DNA from: Paramecium tetraurelia
Taxonomy: Eukaryota
Direction: 5' to 3'
Length of the DNA stretch: 64,000 nt
Assembly (NCBI GenBank): GCA_000165425.1
Contig: CT868207.1
Location: 186,001-250,000 of the forward strand
The position numbers and the translations under genes are program-made. Shown here one piece after another: positions 55,679 through 64,000 of the stretch. The notes below the pieces were generated by a model. That model made no database searches, was not told where the DNA came from, and saw nothing but the letters and a program-made list of their open reading frames with translations. Position 1 is the stretch's first letter. Every line of letters starts with the position of its first letter.

Positions 55679-58257
55679 ATGTCAGCTAGACCATCTGGAT
55701 ATTAAAAATTTAAAGATGAGGAAGCATTTGTTAGTAATCGTCAAGAAAAGGCTGTTGATGTAAGTGCAGGAGCACTTGGCAAGGGAGCTGGAGCTGCAGA
55801 CTTTCCCATAGATTAAATACCTCCTAATTTTGAGTTGGCAGAATTGCATAGAGTATTATTATGATTTTAATATACTAGGAAGCATGGAATGTTGGTACAA
55901 CTAAGCTATCAAAACGATAAAAGCGTAATCTATAGAAGCATTAAAAAACCGTATCAAATAGCAATGAAAATGAATTGATTGGAAAAATATGTGATTGCTG
56001 TGCTCGATAGGTTCCTAATCATTTACTTTCTATTGGATGTAACAACAGGGATTATTCATTTTTAGGAGCAGGTATTTAAATTTCGTATTTTAGGCATGCC
56101 CTTATATTTTGAGTACATCAAATCTTGTATTTTGATGCTTTTAATTATATTTGTAACATCAGGAGACTATAATATTATAACGAATATGGCTTTTGGTAAA
56201 TCTTGTAAGGTTTTGGATAAAGAACACTAAGGCTAGGATATAGATGAGAAACAGTTTTGTTAACTTTCTTGGGCGACTTAAACATCCCTCGCCAATAAAA
56301 GAAGTGGAGATTAATTTATAGATTTGTAATAAATGTTAAACCTCATTTCAATGGTTACATTAATTTTACTCTTCCAATATTTCCGTAAAGAGTAAAGAGC
56401 ATTTGATGCAGAGATAGATTCTTAAACGTAGTATGCTTCTGATTTCTCAATTTTATTAAAAAATATTCCAACTGATCCAACTGGTTTGTAAAATGGAGAT
56501 TTTGATGAGGATTTAAAAACCTTTATGGAATAATATGTTTAAACATATCCTAAATTACCTGAAATTGTTGATTATGAACAAGATAGAAAACAGTATTAAA
56601 TATAATAGAAGAAGCCAGTTACAGATTTAAAAAGAGTAGTATCAGTTAATTTATGCTATAATTTGGATGAACAATATTAGCTTGAACAATCGAAGCAATA
56701 GAAAATAGTATAAAAACAGAAAGTATTTCAATATATTTAATTAGATCCTCTCTACATTATACGGTTAAGGTAAAGAACCTTAAAGTTCGGATGTTTTGAA
56801 TGATCCTTCACTTGCTGCAGTTGAGTAAGAGATATTAGCCATTGAAAATAAATTAGAAGAATTAGAAAAAAGATTTATCGATGGCAAAGATGTTAAAAAC
56901 TACTTTTTGGGACAGGCATTTGTAACCTTTTAATGGGAGAATGATGCTTAATCGATATTAAGTGAACATAAACTTTCAAAGTTCTAAAGATTAATAGGAA
57001 AGAAGAGCAAATTAATCTATAGAGGAGTTCCTTTAATTGTAGAAGAACCACCTGAACCAACTGATGTATTTTGGGAAAACCTTCATATTTCAACAAAGTC
57101 AAAGATTCTAAGAAGATTATTTGGATATACTATTACAGCAATAATTTTAGCAATTTGTGGAGGCCTTATTTATTGGTTATCTGCAATCTAGGCTGAAAGT
57201 GCAGAAGAATAAGCAGAAGCCATTAAAAAAGGAGACTTATCACCTAATTTGAAAGTCAAATTTATAGCCTAAGTAGCATCAATTTCAATTATTATCATTA
57301 ATACTCTATTAGCTATGATCATAAAGAATGTATCTTAATTTGAAAGATTTTCAACTCAAACTGGATATAACATTAGTTTGGCAAGTAAATCAAGCTTGGC
57401 ATAATTCATCAATACTGCTGTAATTACATTTGCCATTAGTACTTGGGTGACCAAAAATATATACGGAGCAGGAGGGCTTGTTTACAATTAATCATATGTT
57501 TTTGTACTTAACGCTATCATACCTGCTGTTGTTTCTTTTATTGATGCTGGTACAGTTACTAAATGGGTTTTCTAATATTTGGAAAAGAAAAAAGGAAATA
57601 AATCTGTTAAGACATAGAAGCAATTACACGAGTATTATTTATTAATTACTATTTTAGATTATATGAAAGACCAGCTTTTGATATTTCAGTTGCATATGCA
57701 ACTATTTTAAAAAACATGTATGTTGTTGCATTCTATGCTTCTGTTATTCCATTGGCATTAATAATTACTTGCTTTGCATTATTACTTCATTATTGGGTTG
57801 AAAAATTAAACATTTCTAAAAGGAGATCAATTAAATATAACTACAGCTCATAGATGTCAATAGAAATGATTGAATAATTGGAGTTGGTCTTACCAATTTA
57901 TTGTGTAAGCATTTATTTAAATGAAGGGAACCAATTTATGGTGGGAATATGCATTTTTGGGATCAATCTCAACTGAAGCTATTATTGGAATTTGCTTAGG
58001 TGTTGGAAATGCTATTCTACCTATGCATGAAATCAATGAATTAATTTTCCCCTTGCAATCTGAGATAGATGAGCATCTCCCAATATAAGAAGCCGAGGAA
58101 GGATTCTTAACTGTATATAAATCTATTATTAATTAAATAGGATTATTGTAGAGAAAATCCTGCAACTGCTGAAACTGCTAGACAATAATATAAAGCCAGA
58201 GTTGAAAAGCATAAGCAACAAAAGTAAAGCATGGATAAAATGTTTGGAGATGCATGA
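55679..58257 (+). CDS. OSCA/TMEM63/CSC1-family calcium-permeable channel
   Basis: LGAGMPLYFEYIK, YASDFSILLKNIP, GQAFVTF, EEPPEPTDVFWENL, multiple TMs, YERPAFDISVAYA, LHYWVEK. Confidence 0.9.
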
Positions 58258-58757
58258 AATAAATATTATAGAAAATATATTTAAGATTAAGAATATGTAG
58301 AGATATCTGTATTATATCTTAAATATTTTAAGATATTTAATAAATTCTAATATATTGCAATTTCAATAACTCCTTTTTCTTATAAAATAATGAATATTTA
58401 TAAAATTTTATAGTTCAAAGTTGTCAATGAAATGCTTTAACAATAATTTTATCCCCTAATGTTGTACATGAAATACAACTTGAGATTATCATATTTGAAA
58501 TTAAAGAAATAAATTTTATTTATAAAATTAGGGCTAACTTTAATTTTTTTCTTTATTAATTATGAAATGCAGCAACAAATAATATAATTATTCTTAATAT
58601 TTTGAAAATAATAATATAATTATTATGATGAAAGAAATTAATGAATCGATGATGAATAAGTTAATAATCTAATCTAGATGTATTAGAATTTAGATTTAAG
58701 GAAGCTTATAATACTAGAATTACTTAAATAATAATGTCATATATATTTAATTGCCAA

Positions 58758-59436
58758 TCAGATGAGTATTAAGGGTCTAAAGGTCTTTTTGATAGTTTCA
58801 AACTTTTATTTAAGATTTTCTAACTCTATAGTGGGTTCAATAGAGTCAATCTATTGGGGTTTCTTGCTTTGGTATTCAACTTGAGATTAAATTATGTTTT
58901 ACTTTTCTTAAAGTATGGATGATAGACTACAATACCATCATCAGTTGTTTGGACCTTCTATATTTACTATTCACTCTATCTTCTCATTTGTTCTGGATTT
59001 TGATTGAGATTGGTTAATAAGTTTTGAATTAAAGACATTATCTAGAATTACAGAAACTGGTTACTCCTTCTTCAGTTTATTCCTTTTTCGGCTTTTTAAT
59101 GGTTGGTTTTTTTGGCTTTAATACACAGAATTATATTTCCAAGTCGAATGTTTATCCATTATCATGTGGATATATGCAATCAAGCCAATCAGTCATATGT
59201 CCATACTCATACACTAAATAATAATGAACTAGTCAACCTTTCTTTTATTCTTATACTTTCTTTTGTTAGCACTTGTCTTATTTTTAATCTGATTTCTTGG
59301 CAGATGGTTTTTGTTCCTTGATCTCTTAAAGCATTTCTTTAAAGTTCTCGGTCATTTTCTTTTATCTGGATGATTTACGTACTAGAGAATCTCAGAACAT
59401 GTTACCTTAGGCTGCTTCCTCTTGTTTCAAACTCAT
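58758..59436 (-). CDS. Hypothetical basic protein
   Basis: Four 23-24 nt introns join MSLKQEEAAQVRKSSRQKKMTENFKE...DWLDCIYPHDNGQTFDLE...KKTFRPLILI. Confidence 0.7.
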
Positions 59437-59462
59437 TTACTTCAATTTTTTTATTTATCAAC

Positions 59463-62168
59463 TCAATCAAAAACCAACTTAAATAGCCTCTCTCTTCTTA
59501 GATAATATAACATATTATAATATATGACCATTCTGTGTTGTTAATTCTATTGATTTTATTCCATTAATTATTGTTGTTCCTATTAGATCTACTCTCTCCT
59601 TCTTTATTCCAAATACTTTCTATTAGTCTCTTAAAGTTCTTTATTTAATCTTTCGATATCATACTTGTATTCGTTGATCTATAATCAAATAAGAAGATCT
59701 AATACCTAGGCCTAATACATATTTAATTCGGCAGCCAAACTCTTCATTTGTCTAGTCTTGGCCTTCATTTACTCCTACAATTTTGAGATTTAGGTTGCCT
59801 CTTCCAACCCTGGTTACTTCCTCATAATATCTCTCAATTCAAGTATTTATTTCTCCTTCTATTGAATAAGTACTTCCTTCTCTACTACTTACTCAGTTTT
59901 ATAGATGAGTCTTCTTTACAACGTTTTTATTTTCTATTTCATTTCATATACATCTGGATCACTCTAAAATTAATATCAATTATTACTCCTCCTAGCTTCT
60001 TGCATCTCTATGGATTTAATGGATTCTCCAATTCTTCACTTAATGCTTTCACTCTCAATTTCTCTTCGACTAAATCCTTTTTATAAATTGTTTATCTTTT
60101 CCTTTAAAATGGGAGCTTAGCCAGCCTTCTTTCTTTTTATTTTCAACTCTCTTTGTAGATCAGAAATCTTGAATTTTAATAACTCAATATCACTCAATCT
60201 TTCTCTATATTACTATTCTCCATATGCCAAAGTTTCTTATTACACCTTAATTTTCTCATACAATAATGCTGATTCATCATTCCTTCTTATTAATTGAGTA
60301 CCCAGAATATCCCTTTCAGATACTACTGTTTCATATTCCTCCTTAAGTTTTTGTCTCTTAATTTCGCTATCTTTTAGAACAAAATGCAATTTGGATATTT
60401 CACCAACATAATTCTTGATAGTTTCTTCTTTTTCCTCAATCTCCTTTCTGTTCTTTTCTAGAATTCTACAACACTCCTCTATAGTTTTATCCTTCTTTTT
60501 ATGTTCAAAATGTTCCTTGGCCAAAGCAACTTCTTTTGCATCAATTTCTTCTTTTAATTATGCTATTTGATGTTAAACTATTTTATGTCTTCTTTTGATG
60601 ACAGCAATTTCATCCTGTGTTTCTAACAAATTTTTAGAGTACAAGTTTCTATCTGATCTGACTTCCTCATATAAATGTTATTATTGTTTTAATTTATTAT
60701 CTGTTTCAATGTTTTTCTTCTAAAATTCACTTATTAAATTATCTTTCAATTTAATCTCCTCTTGAGAATGCAAAAACTTTGCATTTATTAAAGCAGCATC
60801 CTTTCCAAATTTTTCCTTCTTTTTAGTGTTAATTACAAATTACTTTTCTCTTTCATCTACCTCCTCTTAAAGTTGTAAGATTTCTTTTTCATATGACTCT
60901 ATCTCCTTGTCAATCAAATTAATTTTTTCATTTAATTTACTATTGTATTCTTCAGATTTTGCTTTATGATTAGCAAAATTAATATGTGCTTTTCTCAATT
61001 CTTCAAGTAACTACTGATCTTATTCATTAAATTTCTTTGTATCTGTAACATGTCTGTCTAATTATTAAATTGAATTAATTGCAACTTCCTTATCCTTTAT
61101 AATTTTATCTCTTTGTTTCTATAAATCTAGCAATTTCTTATTTAAATTATTATTTTTCTTTTCTATTTAATTCAAATGAGTTCTAGCATTGTTCTTCTCA
61201 TTCTTCAATTTAATTATTTCAGCTTCATTACTTTCCCTAATATCTTCATTTTCTTCTTTCTTAGCCATGATCTCTTTGTAAATCTTTTTAACATCAGTCA
61301 CTTGATCTCTTAAATTTTTAAGTTCGTTTTCCTCAATTTCTTTATCAATATCCTTTTTCTATAATGTTTCTGTTTGTTTCTTTAGTTCAACCTAAACTTT
61401 TGATAAATCCTCTTTCTATTTTTCGTATTCTTTTTTTGTCTTAATGTAGTTCTGCCTTAATTATTCTAATTCTTCATTAATGTTATTTCTTCTTTATTCA
61501 TCCTTATCTACTTTTTCTTACATTTCTTATAAATTCTTTTTGAGTTATTGAGAACTTTAATCAAGTATTAATTTTTCATTTTCTAACAGTTTCAATTTTT
61601 CAATTAGATTACCAGTTTCTGATCTGTTTTTGATTAACTCGGCTTACAAACTGTCCCTTTCTACAATATATCATATCTATACCTTTCATTAAATCCTCTT
61701 TCTGAGTTTGGAGCTCTGTGATTTTGTTAGTTTAACTCTAGAGAGCATTACCTTGTTCAACCAAATCCGATAAATGTTTAATTTCAGCTTAAAAGTTTTC
61801 AATTTTCTATTTCAATTTGTCTTCCCTCATCTAAGCCTATTCTATGACTTTGTAAGTGTTATCAAGTTCAGTTTTGAGTAACTTAATTCTCTCACTGTCT
61901 TCTTGTGAAAATTTCAGAGCATTAGTTACTTTGCCCGCATTATTTAAAATATCGCTATTGATATCTCTCAATTTCCTAAGCAATCTTCTCTCCTAATCAT
62001 AAGCGTTTCGAAATGCTTGATGTAATTTTGTGTATTCTTGTCTAAATCTCTCCAGAGCAGGCTCATTGGCTAATTCGTTGATTATCTACATGATCAAAGA
62101 TACCTTACATCCTGAAATTCTCTTTCTAAAGCGTCTCTGTCTTACTCAGAGAAACCTAAATCTTCCAT
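59463..62168 (-). CDS. CFAP58: Cilia- and flagella-associated protein 58 (CCDC147)
   Basis: ALERFRQEYTKLH, LYEEVRSDRNLYSKNL, ERDILGTQLIRRNDESALLYEKIK, ENPLNPQRCKKL. The exact stop (59463 or 59467) depends on a last intron. Confidence 0.92.
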
Positions 62169-62329
62169 TTATTTTAAAATAAAATAATTATTTAATATCA
62201 GAAGACTTCGAAAAAGAATTTTATGCTTTGAATATAGTCAACAAATAAACTCAACTGCATTTTAAATCCCTATAATTTTTTGATTAAAGTAATAAATGTT
62301 TGCATGATGAAAATTTTGATTTATATTTA

Positions 62330-64000
62330 ATGGATAACGAACCAAAAATCATCAAGAAGATCTATGTATATCCAGCAACATCAATTCAACAAATGAAATC
62401 GGCTCAAGAATACCAACAGATTAATCGATAATTATATTAGGATCAACACATCCAGAAGTTAATGGACATGTGCTTATCCAATTAAATGTAATCAATCCTG
62501 AATAGCTTTGATTACGAAGATCTCCAACAACCCCTGAAAGAGGTCTAGTACTTCTTAAAGGATTTAAAGGGTAAATTCATCTAGTAGCCTAAAAACAAAA
62601 TCAAAGAACCGCTGATTTCTAAGATACCCAATAAAAAAACAAATTATCTATAAAAAACCTAACTCTTGGCTTCTATCAAATAGAAACTAACCTAAATGGT
62701 TTAAGAGAGTAAATTATTTCCTTCATTAATAAACTTTATTAAAATAGAATATGATTAATAAAATTATCAATTCAATGTTTGTAAATTGGGACTGTTAAAT
62801 GATGCAGCTGAAATCATGCTTCAATGCGGTCCTTTTGGAATATTGAATGCTCAAATAAAAAGCCCAACTAACTTAACCATCACAGATCTCATTTTGGAAT
62901 TATTTAGATAGTTAAATCACTACAATATTGTGGAGGATAAGGAGATAGCTGAAGAAGTGTGGTTTTCATTTAATAGAGCAAAAAATAAGACTCATCTTTC
63001 TGAAATTTTAAGTCATGAAATAGCATAGAATTTGTCATATAAGGATATGGAAATATAAAGAGAAATCTTAATTTTATAAGGGACCATCTAAAAATTAAAT
63101 TATAATGCATAATTTATTAATAATCAGAGAGAAAAAATAATAAAAGTGTTAAGAAAAAGAGTTTAAGTTTAATTATATCATGAATGTTAAGTACGAAAAA
63201 TAGCCTAGCCTGAGATATTACCCAATCTCACTTTATCCATTAAACAATATAGATCAACTCATGGAGTGTTCTGCGGTTGTGCTCTCTAATTTCCCATTGT
63301 AATGATCAAGAAATTCAGTATTACTCCAGGATTGGAAGATGTATGCAAAAACCTTTGTTTAAGTATTCTCTAGAATTTAGATACAATAAATTTTTGTTTA
63401 GCTATTACTTACGAAAAATACTTGTCTTCTAGATTATATAAGGAACATAACACATTTTAAGTAAGAACAATTATTTAAAATGCCTTAGAAGACATCATTC
63501 ATAAAATGGAAACAGATGTCAATCTTTGCAAATTCTTAAGACTAGCAATTCTAGATTAGCAATTTATTAAGTTCTACAATTTGTTGCATCGATACAATAC
63601 AATAAACTAAAATGACACAAGTATTCCAAATGATAAAAGAGATTAGACTAATTAATTAATTTTGAATGCAGTCCATTGTATTTTAGAAAAAGTGAAAAAT
63701 CTACAATTGGAGAACAATATAATTGAATAGAAGTACGAAATAGCACTCCCACCTGAGAAGATAATAAAAGTCAACATGAAAAAACACAAAACTAATTAAT
63801 CAGATAAATTACTTTTTTATATTAAATTAATAGCTAGTGATCTTAACAAGTTGAAAATTCCTCTATTTGAGATTATTTATTACATTACAGCTATGAATAA
63901 TAGAATTTAGTTTAGAAATGATTTACAACCCAAAAGTACAATTAGATTTTTTACATATCCACACATTATTTATTATATTGAGGAGCTTTACGGTGTAAAA
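62330..64000 (+). CDS. Large hypothetical protein (weak ORC3-like resemblance), runs off the window
   Basis: Uninterrupted code-6 frame from MDNEPKIIKKIYVYP to the window end. Confidence 0.7.

Overview
Very AT-rich, gene-dense eukaryotic DNA from a ciliate, almost certainly the macronuclear genome of a Paramecium (aurelia-type) species. Genes read through TAA/TAG as Gln (genetic code 6), stop at TGA, carry tiny GT-AG introns (about 20-31 nt) and are often separated by under 40 nt. The supplied standard-code ORF track is therefore mostly fragments or antisense artefacts. All gene models here were translated by hand with code 6, and coordinates are start-to-stop spans including introns. About 40 protein genes and one tRNA-Thr(AGT) are supported. 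They include two lipid-anchored FHA/RINGv ligases, YIPF6-like, TCBP-25-like EF-hand protein, atypical E2F7/8, DPH1, an AGC kinase, proteasome beta-4, Rab2-like, PCID2, CDK5RAP3/C53, MORN, PC4, NME7, LETM1-like, CDPK, TTC1, TMEM70/186/223-like, WNK, CEP19-like, OSCA/TMEM63 and CFAP58. The most notable observations are a class-I glutamine-amidotransferase-fold protein with its whole catalytic triad replaced, a divergent DONSON-like replication factor, and a freshly inactivated UTP6 (two frameshifts) whose start codon lies 16 nt from that of PCID2. Also notable are a more decayed ZC3H15/Tma46 pseudogene with several older gene relics, and two convergent genes whose stop codons are 1 nt apart. No CRISPR, transposon, telomeric repeat or retained IES was recognised. 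I did not find a clear multi-gene novel system. Family assignments rest on motif recall, not on database searches.
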